From: Candidatus Bathyarchaeota archaeon
GTDB lineage: Archaea > Thermoproteota > Bathyarchaeia > Bathyarchaeales > Bathycorpusculaceae
Length of the DNA: 64,000 nt
Direction: 5' to 3'
Assembly: GCA_963775895.1 (NCBI GenBank)
Contig: CAVZKL010000011.1
Location: 1 to 64,000 of the forward strand
Under the pieces are notes generated by a model, which did no database searches, was not told where the DNA came from, and saw only the letters and a program-made list of their open reading frames with translations. Both the position numbers and the translations under genes were made by a program. Numbering within the stretch: position 1 is the stretch's first letter; each line of letters starts with the position of its first letter. This document shows, in pieces, positions 49,514 to 61,293 of this stretch.

Positions 49514-51385
49514 CTATTTGACTTTGTAGTCCTCTGAGTCGACGACTTTGTCGCTGCTCGGCCCCGGTTCTTGTGGTGCTTCGCCGGTTGGTTGTCCTTT
49601 CTGCTTCGCCTGTTCTGCGGCTGCTTGCTGGTAGATCACTGTTCCGATTTCTTGGAGCACTTTCGTCAGTTCATCGGATTTGGTCTTGATTTTATCGATG
49701 TCCGTTCCCGCAAGAGCGTCCTTAAGGGATGAGACTGAAGCGTCTATCCTGTTCTTCTGGTCTTGTGTCAGTTTTTCACCCAAGTCTTTCTTGGTTTTGT
49801 CTGCTGTGTACACGAGATTGTCAGCGTTGTTTCTCACGTCGGCCTCTTCACGTTTCTTCTTGTCCTGTTCCGTGAACTCTTCAGCCTCTCTGATCAGTCG
49901 TTCTTTCTCTTCTTTGGACAGTTTTGTGGAGGCAGTTATCGTTATCTTCGCTTCTTTGCCAGTGCCCAAGTCTTTCGCGGTTACGTTTAGTATGCCGCTT
50001 GCGTCCATGTCAAATGTCACTTCAATCTGTGGTACGCCTCTCGGAGCAGGTGCAATTCCTTCTAGGTTGAATATGCCGAGTGACACGTTGTCGCTGGCCA
50101 TTGGCCGTTCGCCTTGCAGAACGTGAATTGTCACCGCGGTCTGGAAGTCGGCGGCCGTCGTGAATATCTGGCTTCTTCTTGTGGGTATCGTTGTGTTCTT
50201 CTCTATTATTCTTGTGAACACTCGGCCAAGAGTTTCAACGCCAAGGGAGAGTGGTGTGACATCCAACAGTAACAGATCTTTCACTTCTCCCGTCAGAACC
50301 GCTCCTTGTATGGCCGCGCCGACTGCGACGCATTCCATCGGGTCGACGCCTCTTTCTGCTGGTTTTCCCATGATCTGTTCGACAAATCTCTGGACGTAGG
50401 GCATTCGAGTCATTCCGCCGAAGAGAATTATCTTGTCTATGTCCTTCGGGGTCAGCTTTGCATCTTCAAGCGATTTGACGATTGTGCGTTCTGTTTTTTG
50501 GACTATCGGCTGAGCGAGTGATTCAAGCTTGGCTCTGGACAGGGTGAAGTGCAGGTGTTTTGGTCCAGATGCGTCCGTGGAAAGGAAAGGTAGGTCGATG
50601 TCTGTGGTCATCAGCGTTGAAAGTTCAATCTTGGCTTTCTCAGAAGCTTCCTTCAGCCTCGCGATTGCCATTTTATCGTTGCGTAGGTCGACGCCCGTCT
50701 GCCTCTGGAACTCTTCTACGAGATAGTCCATGACTGCTTTGTCCAGATCTGCGCCACCTGTCTGCGTGTCCCCGCTCGTTGACAGTACTTGGAAGACTCC
50801 TTTGCCAAAATCCATAACCGTGACATCGTGTGTTCCACCGCCGAAGCTGAAAACGAGTATCTTCATCTCTTTTTCTAGCTTATCAATTCCATAAGCCAAA
50901 CAGGCCGCAGTGGGTTCGTTAATGATTCTTGCAACCTCAAAGCCAGCTATTTCACCTGCGTCTTTTGTGGCTTGGCGCTGGTTGTCGTTGAAGTGCGCTG
51001 GAACCGTTATCACGGCCTTCCTCATGGTTGTGCCCAAATAGGTTTCAGCGTCTTTCTTTATCTTCTGCAGTATGAACGCAGATATCTGCTGGGGACTGTA
51101 CTCCTTTCCGGCGATTTTGACTTTATAGTCGGTTCCCATCTTCCTCTTGATTTCGAAAATGGTTCCTTCAGGGTTTGCCGTTGCCTGCCTTTTTGCAGAT
51201 TCACCCACCAAAAGCGTTCCGTCTTTTGTGAAGGCTACGACCGAAGGAAACATCTTGCCGGCCATCGTCGGTCCTTCAGCGCTTGGAATGACGGTTGCTC
51301 GACCGCCCTCGTATATTGCGGCTGCCGAGTTTGTTGTCCCCAAGTCTATGCCTAGGATTTTTTCTCCTGATTTGACGTTACTCAT
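49514..51385 (-). CDS. dnaK: Chaperone DnaK
   Basis: [49 protein letters not shown]. Confidence 0.97.
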   Translation of the reverse strand: MSNVKSGEKILGIDLGTTNSAAAIYEGGRATVIPSAEGPTMAGKMFPSVVAFTKDGTLLVGESAKRQATANPEGTIFEIKRKMGTDYKVKIAGKEYSPQQISAFILQKIKKDAETYLGTTMRKAVITVPAHFNDNQRQATKDAGEIAGFEVARIINEPTAACLAYGIDKLEKEMKILVFSFGGGTHDVTVMDFGKGVFQVLSTSGDTQTGGADLDKAVMDYLVEEFQRQTGVDLRNDKMAIARLKEASEKAKIELSTLMTTDIDLPFLSTDASGPKHLHFTLSRAKLESLAQPIVQKTERTIVKSLEDAKLTPKDIDKIILFGGMTRMPYVQRFVEQIMGKPAERGVDPMECVAVGAAIQGAVLTGEVKDLLLLDVTPLSLGVETLGRVFTRIIEKNTTIPTRRSQIFTTAADFQTAVTIHVLQGERPMASDNVSLGIFNLEGIAPAPRGVPQIEVTFDMDASGILNVTAKDLGTGKEAKITITASTKLSKEEKERLIREAEEFTEQDKKKREEADVRNNADNLVYTADKTKKDLGEKLTQDQKNRIDASVSSLKDALAGTDIDKIKTKSDELTKVLQEIGTVIYQQAAAEQAKQKGQPTGEAPQEPGPSSDKVVDSEDYKVK

Positions 51386-51387
51386 AT

Positions 51388-51919
51388 TCATTCATCTCCT
51401 TCTTTTGAATTTGAAGGTTGTACCACAATCTTAACTATGCTCGGTCTAATCACCTTTTCTCTCATGGTATAACCTTTTCTGACCTCTTCGATTATTCTGC
51501 ATCCATCAACGCCTTCATCTTCCGTTTTTGCTACGGCAGTTGTGTTTTGAAGGGTCAAATGGTTCTCCAACGCACTTTATGGGAGAGACGCCCTCATTCT
51601 CCAGTATTTTCTTGAGTTTTTTGAGTGTCATTTTCACTCCTTGAACAAGTGCTTCCGACGAGTCCGACGACTCGGTGCTTTGTACGGCCAGTTCTAGTTC
51701 ATCAACTACATCCAACAGTTCAGTCACGATGCGTTCGTTGCTGTATTCTCTTACTTCATCCAACTGTCGCTCATATCTTTTCTTCAAGTTCTCAAGATCA
51801 GCCCTTGCATACTTTAGCTGTGTCAGATATTCTTCTGAGCGTTTCTTCTCTTTTTCAAGTGTACTCTCAAGTGACTCGAAATCTTCGGTCTTTGGTTTTT
51901 CTTCTGGCATTTCGTCCAT
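51388..51919 (-). CDS. grpE: Nucleotide exchange factor GrpE (frameshift near 51545)
   Basis: ADLEN.KKR, LL.VVD.LE.A, GEPFDP..H; RKGY....KVIRP..V in the second frame. Confidence 0.92.
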
Positions 51920-52393
51920 TCAATAATCCTCGCACAAAGTGCTGGTTTTCTAGCGTACTCAAACAGGCATATATACATTAGTGCCGATGCTGCGAGGGAT
52001 CGATCGAAGTCCGGTTTGGATTCTGCTCCAGATGACGGTCGTTGTCGTTGCGGAAGAGCAATGCAACGTGGAAAAAGGTGGAAGAGCGCCTATCTATCCT
52101 GATCGTTCACCACCCTGATTATACTCTGAGGTGTGTCAAACCTGGTCAATGCTTGACGCGCGCTGCATGCAGGTTTGCCCCGTTTGGAGTTGCATCGAGA
52201 TGCGCTCAAAACAACACTAGGCGATCCCCAAAACTCAATTCTATTGTTATTAGCTGTCGTTCCCTTCCTAAACGGGCAACTACATGGACGAGAGAGAATT
52301 CGTAGAAACCAACGGAAGATTTCTTTTGATCTGTTTCTGAAGGCGAAAAAGTCATTAGGGCTGCAAGAGCACTTACACTTGGGGTGACGCTGG

Positions 52394-53380
52394 TTGGTTT
52401 CGTTAAGATCTTTGGCGCCTTCTCTGACTCGGATCACCGTGGCTGCCGCCGTTGGAGCTGCTCTTCACATTGGGCAAGGTGACTCAGACCTGGTAGATGC
52501 GAAGGCCGTGGAGTTTTCTCGAGCGGTTCTGGCTCAGACAGATGTCGAAGGTGAAGTCATTGCTTGTGAAGGACCGAAGGACAACGCCCCGGCTTTCCTT
52601 CGAAGAGAGAAGGTCGGTACGGGAAAAGGACCCAAAGTGGAGTTCGTTATTGACCCGGTTGACGGTACGACCGCTACTTCAAAGGGGAGGAAGGACGCTA
52701 TTTCTGCGCTTGCGTGTGCGCCAGCTGGTTGTTTTCAGGTTCTGCCTGATGATGGCTACTATTACAAAGTTGTTACTGATCGTAGTTCGCGCGGGAAATT
52801 GTCTTTGGAAATGTCAGCGGAGGAGATCGTGCGCACCGTTGCCCGTGAAAAAGGTTTGCGTTTGGAGAACTTCACCGTCATCATGCTTGAACGGGAAAGG
52901 CACGCGGAGATCTTGCGGTGTCTCAGGAAGATGGGTGTGCGGATCATTCTTATTCCTGACGGTGACATTGCGGGTGCGGTTGTCACTTGTAGGCAGGGTT
53001 CGGGCGTGGACCTTCTGATCGGTGCAGGTGCTGGGCCGGAAGCGACGATAGCTGCGACGGCGATCAAGTGTCTGGGCGGCACGATGCTTGTGAAGGTTTG
53101 GCGTGACGCGAAGGATGATCCCAAAAGGCCCGAGAGATTGGCGCTTGAGGGGGTCGATATGGAGAAGACTTACTGTGAGAGCGAGTTGGCTAAGGGGGAT
53201 GAGCTTGTGTTTGCGGCTTCAGGAGTGACTAAGGGTGAACTGTTGGACGGCGTGCGTTTCGTTCCTGAAGGAGCCGTCGTCAATTCGTTGTGTATGCGCT
53301 TGCCAAGCGGAACGGTTGAAAGGTCTGAGGCGACTCTTCGATTCAAGGGACATCCTATCTACAAGCATTTCGTGATGTAA
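52394..53380 (+). CDS. glpX: Fructose-1,6-bisphosphatase class II (GlpX-like)
   Basis: EGPKDNAP, IDPVDGT, LERERH, DGD, FAASGVTKGELLDGV. Confidence 0.85.
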   Translation: MVSLRSLAPSLTRITVAAAVGAALHIGQGDSDLVDAKAVEFSRAVLAQTDVEGEVIACEGPKDNAPAFLRREKVGTGKGPKVEFVIDPVDGTTATSKGRKDAISALACAPAGCFQVLPDDGYYYKVVTDRSSRGKLSLEMSAEEIVRTVAREKGLRLENFTVIMLERERHAEILRCLRKMGVRIILIPDGDIAGAVVTCRQGSGVDLLIGAGAGPEATIAATAIKCLGGTMLVKVWRDAKDDPKRPERLALEGVDMEKTYCESELAKGDELVFAASGVTKGELLDGVRFVPEGAVVNSLCMRLPSGTVERSEATLRFKGHPIYKHFVM

Positions 53381-53562
53381 ACGACTTTGGACGGTGGTTT
53401 GCTTGACTGAAAAGACGACGACTTTACCGTGCGGGTGCAAGTATCAAGATATGGGTTTCATGGTCGTGCGTGTCTTCGAGTGTGAGAATCACAGGCAGAA
53501 ACGCACGCGTAAGCGACCGTATAGGCCTAAGGCTGAGTGTGTGAGACCCTAGCGCGTCCCAG

Positions 53563-53934
53563 TCAGGTCTTGGCTAACTCTTCCTTCATTTTTTCTTCCA
53601 ACGATTTTAGCTGCCCGTGGCTGGCGTAGGTGATCTTCGTGTTGAGCCTGACGTCTAAACCCAATTTCTTGAGGAAAAAGAAGAGTTCTTCTCCTGTTAC
53701 TTCCGTCAGTCTGCCGGATGAGCCGAGTTTCACGAGGACGTCCTTGATCTTGTTCATGGCATCGGGGAACTGTTGACTTGCAATGTTGAACACTTCCCAG
53801 GCTCTGTCTTTGAAGATTCTGTTTAGCACTTGTTCGGCGTTGATGACTTCTGGCTTGTTTTCTTTTGCAATTAGTTTTCTTTGGTATTCGCGCAGTTTTT
53901 TCTGTCTGATTGCGGCTAGTTCCCGGTCGCTCAT
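53563..53934 (-). CDS. PDCD5/TFAR19-like double-stranded DNA-binding domain protein
   Basis: D.ELAAIRQKKLRE N-terminus, RAWEV, GL.VRLNTKI. Confidence 0.65.
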   Translation of the reverse strand: MSDRELAAIRQKKLREYQRKLIAKENKPEVINAEQVLNRIFKDRAWEVFNIASQQFPDAMNKIKDVLVKLGSSGRLTEVTGEELFFFLKKLGLDVRLNTKITYASHGQLKSLEEKMKEELAKT

Positions 53935-54194
53935 AGCGGGGTAGTAATGATCAACGAATTGATAAACATTCTTTTGATCAGCGTGCTTTCGATCTGGGCT
54001 GGGAGCGGAGCAACTTTTAGGGTTTATTCGCTGAAAAAAAGCTTATTGTGTACCTCCCCTCCTCGGTTTCAATGTATCATGAATATTAGGATCCAAATAT
54101 GCACGCGTGCGGGGTCTTCGATTTGACATACTCATGTGGTTTGACGCGCGGAAGAGGGGCGTTAGGTGGTGCGAAAGCACGCAGTTGTTTATTT

Positions 54195-56108
54195 TTATGA
54201 ATTGTGGGCGTCTTTGGGCGTTCTACCCCGATCGACTAGTTCCTTGCTGACCAGTGGGAATCTGTTCATGTCCTTGTGTGGGATGAACAGTGCTTCAGCG
54301 AATTCTCTGCTGAAGTCGGGGGTAGCTGCCAGCTCGAGGTATCGAATCTCTTTTGACAACTGCTCGGCGGTTTTTCTAGTTTCTTTCGAGACCAATGCCA
54401 TCTTCGCGCCTTCCACCGCTGTGTTGCCCACGAATTCTATTCTTTTTGTGGGCACGTCAGGTACCAATCCTAGCAATTTTGCGTTTTGGGGATTGATGTA
54501 GTTGCCGAAGTTTCCAGCGATGAGAATCTTGGCGAGATTTTGTCTCTCAAGGTTTTTGGTTTTCATGAGCAGGGAACAGCCAGTGAATATTGCGGCCTTC
54601 GCGAGCTGTATCTCTCCGATATCCCTCTGCGTGATCACGATCTCTTTTCCGGTTGCGGTCTCACCTGCCCAAGCGACGATAAATTCTGTTTGATTGCCCA
54701 CTTTCTTCAGTCGGCGTGTCTTCACGCGTGGATTGATTCTTCCTTTCGAATCTATTATTTCCAGCTTGAACATTTCAGCGACGAGGTCGATCATTGCTGA
54801 TCCGCAGAGACCCTTCGGTTTGGCATTTCCAATCGTTTTGAACCCAACTTCGAAGTCAGGCTCTAGGTGGACGCTTTCTATGGCTCCGGTTTCCGCTTTC
54901 ATCCCATGCTTGATTCTGGCTCCCTCAAAGGCAGGGCCAGACGCACATGAGCATGTTGCTATGTCTTTGAAGTTGCCAACGAAAACCTCGGTGTTCGTTC
55001 CTATATCTATTAGCATTGATGTCTTTTTCAATCCGTAAAAAGCGGTTGCTATGACATCTGCAACTGCGTCTGCTCCTACGAAGCCAGCGATAATCGGCAG
55101 AAAACTGCAGATACCGTTTGGGTTTATTTCAACCTGAAGCTCTTTTGCACGCACGTCCAAAGAGCTTTTTATCGCGGGCACGTATGGCGACAAGGCTGTG
55201 TATTTCGGCTGAATTCCCAGACATAGATGGTGCATCGCCGTGTTGCCAACCAGAACGGCTTCATAGACTTGATGCACGTCAACCTTGGCCTTTGCGCACG
55301 CTTGTTTTAGGACTTTGTTTATTCCTTCCACGACGGCTTTTCTTAGTGTCTGACGGTTGGTTTCGCTTTCCATCGCGAAGGCGATCCGCGTTACTATGTC
55401 GGCCCCGTATGGCAGTTGAGGATTTTCGATGTAACCCGTGCTGAGAGTCTTTCCTGTTGTCAAGTCCACGAGGTGCCCAACCACTTTTGAGGTGCCAATG
55501 TCAACAGCAAATCCGAACAGCTTGCGTCCAGTGTCACCTGTTTCAACTGCGACGATTCTGTCACTGTCCCAAACTGCGACCGTGACGTCCCAGCCTGCGT
55601 CGCGCAGAATGTCTGGCAACTTCCTCAAAATGTCACATTCTATGGTCAAGTTACTGAGCTTATGCGAGTCTGACAAAGCTTCAAGGAGTCTCTCAAAGTC
55701 AGGCCTTACGTCGGACAGAGAAGGTTCATCCAGTTTAACGTGGAACTTTCTGACCAAGGGGTTCAGAGTTGTTTGTTTTTCCGTGCCGTGCGTCAAGATC
55801 CTTCGCTCGCCGATTCTGGTTTCTTTTGGAATCAGAACGGTGATGTCTTGCTTTGGAAACGTCTGACATGCCAGTCTGTACCCCGACCTCAATTCGCGGG
55901 GTGAAAAATGTTTGCTCTCAGCTTCTTCTGGTTCACCTATCGCATCCTTATTTTGCACGATGACCCTGCACTTTCCGCAAATTCCGTTTCCTCCGCATTC
56001 CGCCCTTAATGCGACACCACCTTCGATAGCTGCGTTTAGAACGTTCGTACCCTGCCTAACGTTTACTTTGCCTCCGACAGGACTAAAAGCAATAGTGATC
56101 GAAGCCAT
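54195..56108 (-). CDS. ASKHA/DUF4445 corrinoid reductive activase (RACo/RamA-like) with N-terminal 2Fe-2S domain
   Basis: CGGNGICGKC, RLACQ, DIGTS, GNTAMHH, DIGTNTE, GPAFEG, GLCGS, AGNFG. Confidence 0.9.
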   Translation of the reverse strand: MASITIAFSPVGGKVNVRQGTNVLNAAIEGGVALRAECGGNGICGKCRVIVQNKDAIGEPEEAESKHFSPRELRSGYRLACQTFPKQDITVLIPKETRIGERRILTHGTEKQTTLNPLVRKFHVKLDEPSLSDVRPDFERLLEALSDSHKLSNLTIECDILRKLPDILRDAGWDVTVAVWDSDRIVAVETGDTGRKLFGFAVDIGTSKVVGHLVDLTTGKTLSTGYIENPQLPYGADIVTRIAFAMESETNRQTLRKAVVEGINKVLKQACAKAKVDVHQVYEAVLVGNTAMHHLCLGIQPKYTALSPYVPAIKSSLDVRAKELQVEINPNGICSFLPIIAGFVGADAVADVIATAFYGLKKTSMLIDIGTNTEVFVGNFKDIATCSCASGPAFEGARIKHGMKAETGAIESVHLEPDFEVGFKTIGNAKPKGLCGSAMIDLVAEMFKLEIIDSKGRINPRVKTRRLKKVGNQTEFIVAWAGETATGKEIVITQRDIGEIQLAKAAIFTGCSLLMKTKNLERQNLAKILIAGNFGNYINPQNAKLLGLVPDVPTKRIEFVGNTAVEGAKMALVSKETRKTAEQLSKEIRYLELAATPDFSREFAEALFIPHKDMNRFPLVSKELVDRGRTPKDAHNS

Positions 56109-56213
56109 AGTTCATTGGGCCCTCAAATTCGACTCGATTCGCCAAGGCATGCGCGCCTGCCTCTTTTGTCTTAGGTTCAGGTTTAATTAGTTTTCTCAGC
56201 AGTTTCTCCTTGT

Positions 56214-56223
56214 TAGCGCGCGC
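56214..56223. repeat. TAGCGCGCGC junction box
   Basis: Left boundary of the NTase/permease module. Confidence 0.75.
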
Positions 56224-56438
56224 TCGACCTTACCTATGTTTGAAGTAAATAACTATATTAGAATACATGTCCATCGCAACAGGCACGTTGGATCATAAAC
56301 ACAACTACGGTATTGCGTGTATCTGCGCGCACTGGATACGAGGACTCTTGATGAGCGTTAAACGATATATAGGTGAAGCCCTGAAATCGAAGAGCAGCGA
56401 CATTGACTCGCAAGAGCGTCGAGCTTGGCTGTGAAGGT

Positions 56439-57509
56439 ATGAGTAAGGCTGTTCTTTACCAGGAACCAGGCGGACCGTCATATGAAGTCGATCTACCTCT
56501 GACATCTTTCGTAGATGTGGATGGCATAATGAAGGAACTTGGCTTGCCATCATACGTCGACTTAGACTATTTTCCGATGCGAAGCGCTATCGTGACAATC
56601 TGGGCTTGCCAGAAAGCACCCGAACTCCACAGACTGTATCCTACGGTGTATGAAAAAGAAGTTGACAAAAAAACCATTCCAGCATTGCTTTTCGGCGGGG
56701 CCGCAATGAAGGTTTGCTGCGAACATTCTAATGGGAAAGGAGCCCTTTCGAGGTCAATAAAAGATGTCGACTTCATAGTTCCTAAGAATCAAGGTTCCAA
56801 TTTCTCCAGACTGCTCTTGGGCATGAAGAATGCCTTCGGAACGGAGTTCACATATTTCAAGACCAAGGGAGATGCACTCTTCATCGCCATGCGACAAGGT
56901 GAAAGATACAGAGTTAGAACAATAAACGGCCTCACCCCCAATGGACTTCCAACCGTCACGGTTCTCGACATTTTTTGCGATTCCATAGATTTGCGTCATA
57001 AAATAGAAGTGAAGGACAGCTTCGAGCACAGCCGGGAGAATTTATACACCATAGGCTTAGAATATCTCATACTCTCGAAATCACAGTTCATTATGGACGC
57101 CTCCAAGAGCGATGTTGCCGCTTTGCTTGAAGAACGTGGACAAGGGTTTAGAATTCTGCCATGTCCGTGGTATGCTTCGGACAGGATCGTCTTAGGTATG
57201 GAAGAGAAAGATATCAAAGATGTCTGCTCAATTTTCGTTGATCATGCTGTAGGGGAAGGAAAGGGAGAAATCAGCCAGAGTAAGATACGCAAAGTTCTGG
57301 ACAAGAACAAGAAGCTTCTCTTGACGATTACTCTTAACCTTCAAAATATGGCGGCAAGAACTGAGCTGCTTGGGAAGTGGTTGGCAGCTGCGGATACTAC
57401 GAAGGTTGTGGATAGGATTAATTCCCTCTTGGCAGGATTGCCTAAGGTTGATAAGAAATGGGACAAGCCTTGGTGGAACACCGCTGTAGAAACTCCACTA
57501 ATCGGGTAG
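56439..57509 (+). CDS. Uncharacterised nucleotidyltransferase-fold protein
   Basis: LFGGAA, KDVDF, LDIF, LILSK.Q, KDIKD. Confidence 0.7.
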   Translation: MSKAVLYQEPGGPSYEVDLPLTSFVDVDGIMKELGLPSYVDLDYFPMRSAIVTIWACQKAPELHRLYPTVYEKEVDKKTIPALLFGGAAMKVCCEHSNGKGALSRSIKDVDFIVPKNQGSNFSRLLLGMKNAFGTEFTYFKTKGDALFIAMRQGERYRVRTINGLTPNGLPTVTVLDIFCDSIDLRHKIEVKDSFEHSRENLYTIGLEYLILSKSQFIMDASKSDVAALLEERGQGFRILPCPWYASDRIVLGMEEKDIKDVCSIFVDHAVGEGKGEISQSKIRKVLDKNKKLLLTITLNLQNMAARTELLGKWLAAADTTKVVDRINSLLAGLPKVDKKWDKPWWNTAVETPLIG

Positions 57510-57513
57510 CTGC

Positions 57514-58400
57514 CTATTTCTTCACGAATTGTTTGACTGCCTCGTATGCTTCTCTTCTTGACACGCCTGCTCTTGATAGGGGCAGATCAAATGTCTCGTC
57601 TTTTGAGTGTAGTCTTAGGCAAGTTTCATGCTTCGGCGTAATGTAGATCGTTACGTCCGAGTAATTTGACCATTTGCGTTCCTTCACTTTCGTTCCTTCC
57701 TTAACCTGGAAGCCTTTGCTGGTCAACGTCAAGGTGGTATGGAAGCGTGACTTGTAGATCTGGTAGGCGATTATGAGGCAAAAGCTGGCCATGAACAAGA
57801 CCGTAATGGGGTTGAGAGCTTGGGGCAATCCGGACAACCCGATCACCAATAACGCTATGAACCCGAAGAAGAGTACAATCGTGAAGCTCTTCAGATAACT
57901 GATGAGATCGAAGACCTCAAACTGCGCCTCGTTCAGCTTCAGGTGCTTAGCGAGACCTTTTCCCAGCACATTGTCGGAGAAAATCTTGTCTTTTGAAGCA
58001 AGACTGAAAGCTGCAATGCCTATGTTCTTTTCGGTGAGGCCCGTAACTGTCTCCTTCATTTTGCCCTCGAAAGGTTGGCTCTGAACCAGACCCAAAAACA
58101 CCCAGTCGTCTTGCCGAATTTGCTCTTGAGCATAAGAATGATTTTCCTCAAAAACTTTGGATCTATATCTGGGTTCGTGTAAAGCAGAAAATGGATGTTA
58201 TATTTGGGTGTTACGAAGACTGAGTATATTCTTGATAGAAAAAACCCTTTCTCTCGCAGGCTTCCTGTGGCATATAAGGGAAAAACCGTGTCACCCATTG
58301 CATAGTCTCTGTGGATCTCGTCGAAGTTAGCCAGCCATCTTAGGCTACCCTTAGCTAACTGCTCCTCAACCATGTCTTCAATGAAGTCTAGTTCAAGCAT
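57514..58400 (-). CDS. Hypothetical membrane protein (frameshift near 58105)
   Basis: ORFs 58056-58400 and 57514-58101 join; soluble N-domain, two TMs, PH-like C-terminus. Confidence 0.65.
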
Positions 58401-58469
58401 TCTGGATACACCGAGTTTTCAATGTCAATAGGCAATGTTAACAAATAAAAAGGGGGAGGATATTTAAGG

Positions 58470-60185
58470 CTATTCTGGTGGAATGTTTAGGTAGAGCGTA
58501 TGCATGTCGACGCCTTTTGTCGTGTTGCGGTACATGTGGTAGATATACAACAGTAGCCCAGCAAAGATGAAGATGAAGAAGCCTGCCGCGCTTGCCACAT
58601 CGCCAGAGCTAGCGCCAGATGTAAACAGTGTCCACACCCATGGATTTGCCTTCGCGATGGTGTACAGAGTGAAGCCTGATCCCAGTGTTGCCAAGAATCC
58701 AATGCCGACGACAGTGCCCACCGAATGTTTGACAGCGGCTCTATCATAGATTTCACGTCTCTCCAATGGCAGCAGCATGCAGGACACGCAGAACATTGTC
58801 AAGAACATCGCGTCGAACAGGTCCGTTCCGCCCACTCCAGCAAATCCCATATAGTAGTCTAGTCTAAGATAGCCTGCTTCGACTCCGCACGCAGGGACTG
58901 CGAAGAGCGCAGTTATTATTATTGCCCAAACTGGTGAGTGCCATCTTTCGCTGACGTAGGAAAACCTTTCAGGCATCATTCGGTCAAATGACATGGCAAA
59001 GAAGGTTCTTGAAGCGACAAGAAGGAACGGTGGAATGTCGTTTGCGACCCAGAGCACGCCGCCTATTGCGACGACGTATGAAAGAATTCCAACGTTCATG
59101 CCCCTTGCGATCATCGAGGCTATTCCTGTGCTCCATGCGCTCTGGAAGTTAGGAATAGCTGCCCTTGCTGCGGCTATGGTCATAGTCGCTCCTGCCGGCA
59201 ATGTTGAAGGTGGATAACTGAGCCAAGCGTAGGCTTGGAAAAAGCTCCATTGATGTCCCGAAGCATCTATGTATTGACCTACGTTCATAGCAGATATCGC
59301 GGAGAGTGATGAAGCAGCAAGATAGGTTACCATCACTATTAGTCCTGAAGTCACCAGTATCATTGGAAGTCTCTTGTTTGCTTCTTTGACTTCGCCTGCA
59401 ATAAACGTCGTGGCATACCATCCCATGTATGCCCAGAAGGCTCCTAAAACAGCGACCGTGAAAGCGTCGAAGAATCCAGACGGGTTCAGTGTCATTCCGG
59501 TTCGCACTGCCAGAGCAGTGATTTGGTCTGGCGTCGCTCCCATCACTTGCTGAACTCCAGTCACAACAGCACTCGGGTTCAATGCGCCTCCAATCCACAT
59601 TGCAAAGAATACGAATGTCAACGCTGCCGGAATGTAGAACAACGCTTCGAGCAGTCTACCGTACAGTTTTGTGCCTAAGAGACCGAGAATTGCGAATATC
59701 CACACTATTGCAATACCGCCCCAGAAGAGTTCAGTTGAGCCGAAGCTTATCCCGTTTGGTGCCATTGCTATTCCAAAGAAGATCGAGATTCCTTCGAAGA
59801 CTGCGACGCCGATGAGTCCATAGGAGAACGCTTCTGCGAGGAACATCATCCATCCTGACATGTAGCCAACGACAGGGTGAATGACCCTTGAAATGGTGAC
59901 GTAGCCACCGCCAGATCTTGGCATAGCAGCCGTGACATAGCCAGCAGCGTAGCCTGTGATGAGCACTACGAGGCCACAAACTAGGAACGCCCAGAATATC
60001 GCGGGTAGACCGAGCGGCATCATATCTGTAGGCATTGGACTTGGTCCGGTGAACTGGAAAGCTCTTTTTTGCCAGCCTAAGCCGATGACGTGGGTCAGGA
60101 TTATGATTACGCCCAAACTAAAGCCGATTTCTCTTACGAGACCAGTTGCTTCTCTTGTAAAAAGTCCGGGTTTTGTCGATGCCAT
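58470..60185 (-). CDS. APC family permease
   Basis: LFTREATGLVRE, AMPRSGGGY, AGEVK, SR..FAMSFDR..P, IPPE C-terminus. Confidence 0.92.
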   Translation of the reverse strand: MASTKPGLFTREATGLVREIGFSLGVIIILTHVIGLGWQKRAFQFTGPSPMPTDMMPLGLPAIFWAFLVCGLVVLITGYAAGYVTAAMPRSGGGYVTISRVIHPVVGYMSGWMMFLAEAFSYGLIGVAVFEGISIFFGIAMAPNGISFGSTELFWGGIAIVWIFAILGLLGTKLYGRLLEALFYIPAALTFVFFAMWIGGALNPSAVVTGVQQVMGATPDQITALAVRTGMTLNPSGFFDAFTVAVLGAFWAYMGWYATTFIAGEVKEANKRLPMILVTSGLIVMVTYLAASSLSAISAMNVGQYIDASGHQWSFFQAYAWLSYPPSTLPAGATMTIAAARAAIPNFQSAWSTGIASMIARGMNVGILSYVVAIGGVLWVANDIPPFLLVASRTFFAMSFDRMMPERFSYVSERWHSPVWAIIITALFAVPACGVEAGYLRLDYYMGFAGVGGTDLFDAMFLTMFCVSCMLLPLERREIYDRAAVKHSVGTVVGIGFLATLGSGFTLYTIAKANPWVWTLFTSGASSGDVASAAGFFIFIFAGLLLYIYHMYRNTTKGVDMHTLYLNIPPE

Positions 60186-60305
60186 CTAGCATTACACCCA
60201 GTCTCAAATGTCTTAGCGCTAACAAGATTTAAAACTTTGCATGACGGCACATCTCTTAAATAGCTGCAACGACAAAAAAGCACAGGAATTAATGGTGAAC
60301 ATGCT

Positions 60306-61280
60306 TTGAGTTTTCTGTTTGGAAAGAAAAAGGAAGGCACGACCAAAATTCTCTTCGCGACGGACATGCATGGATCCGAAGGAACTTGGCGGAAGTTTCT
60401 GAACGCTTCAACCATACTTAAGGTCGATTATGCCATTTGCGGCGGAGACCTGACAGGAAAGATGATAGTTCCAATTGTCGAGGGAAAGGATGGGAAATAT
60501 GTTTATTATCTGATGGGCAAGACGCATACCGTTGACTCAGGCGGTCTAGAGAAAGCTTACAAGGATGTCAGAGGGATAGGATACTACCCCTACAAGACTG
60601 ATGAAAAAGAATACGTAGAGATGACTGACAATCCCAAGAGAGTGGATGAGGTTTTCCACGAAGTCATGCTTTCGACCATAAATCGGTGGCTTGACCTTAT
60701 TCCCGAGAAAGTCCCACGCGAAACAAAAGTCGTTGTTTGTCCCGGAAATGATGATAGATTTGATATTGACCAACTGATTGATAGTCACGAGAGCGTGATC
60801 AACGGTGAGAGCAAAGTAATACAGATAGATGATACACATGAGATGGTAAGCTGTGGATGGGTGAACCCCAGTCCATGGAAGACAGCTCGCGAAGAAGAAG
60901 AGGACAAGCTTGAGCAACGTCTGGAGAAATACGTTTCCCAGTTGAAAAACGTGAAAACAGCGATATTCAACTTTCATGCTCCACCCTTCGAATCGAAACT
61001 AGATCAAGCACCTCTTCTCGACAACGAATTGAACCCGATTGTCCAAGGTGGAGCCGTGGTCATGGTTCCGGTCGGCTCCAAAGCTGTGAGGAAAATGATT
61101 GAAAAGTACCAACCTTTCCTGGGTTTGCATGGGCATATACATGAATCTTCAGGGTCAATGAAAATTGGCAAAACGCATTGCGTCAACCCTGGTAGCGAGT
61201 ATGCTGAAGGGATCATAAGGGCCTTCTTGATCGAGTTTCAAGGTGAGAAAATAATCAAACTTCAGAGGATGGAAGGCTGA
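60306..61280 (+). CDS. Icc-related metallophosphoesterase
   Basis: TDMHGS, GGDLTGK, PGNDD, HAPP, LHGHIHES, NPGSEY. Confidence 0.92.
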   Translation: MSFLFGKKKEGTTKILFATDMHGSEGTWRKFLNASTILKVDYAICGGDLTGKMIVPIVEGKDGKYVYYLMGKTHTVDSGGLEKAYKDVRGIGYYPYKTDEKEYVEMTDNPKRVDEVFHEVMLSTINRWLDLIPEKVPRETKVVVCPGNDDRFDIDQLIDSHESVINGESKVIQIDDTHEMVSCGWVNPSPWKTAREEEEDKLEQRLEKYVSQLKNVKTAIFNFHAPPFESKLDQAPLLDNELNPIVQGGAVVMVPVGSKAVRKMIEKYQPFLGLHGHIHESSGSMKIGKTHCVNPGSEYAEGIIRAFLIEFQGEKIIKLQRMEG

Positions 61281-61293
61281 GAGATAGTTATCC

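Noticed and set aside
48341-53380. dnaK-dnaJ-grpE and class II FBPase as novel bacterial acquisitions
   Set aside because: These bacterial-type genes are already known in various archaea, and nothing here marks a recent transfer.
60-58400. Frameshifts in the MBL hydrolase, Mrr-like, PEF-CTERM, AraD1, dnaG, trpS, activase, ABC, grpE and membrane protein genes as pseudogenes or programmed frameshifts
   Set aside because: Isolated 1-nt indels hit essential genes, often near short homopolymers, with no shared slippery motif. Sequencing error is the simplest explanation.
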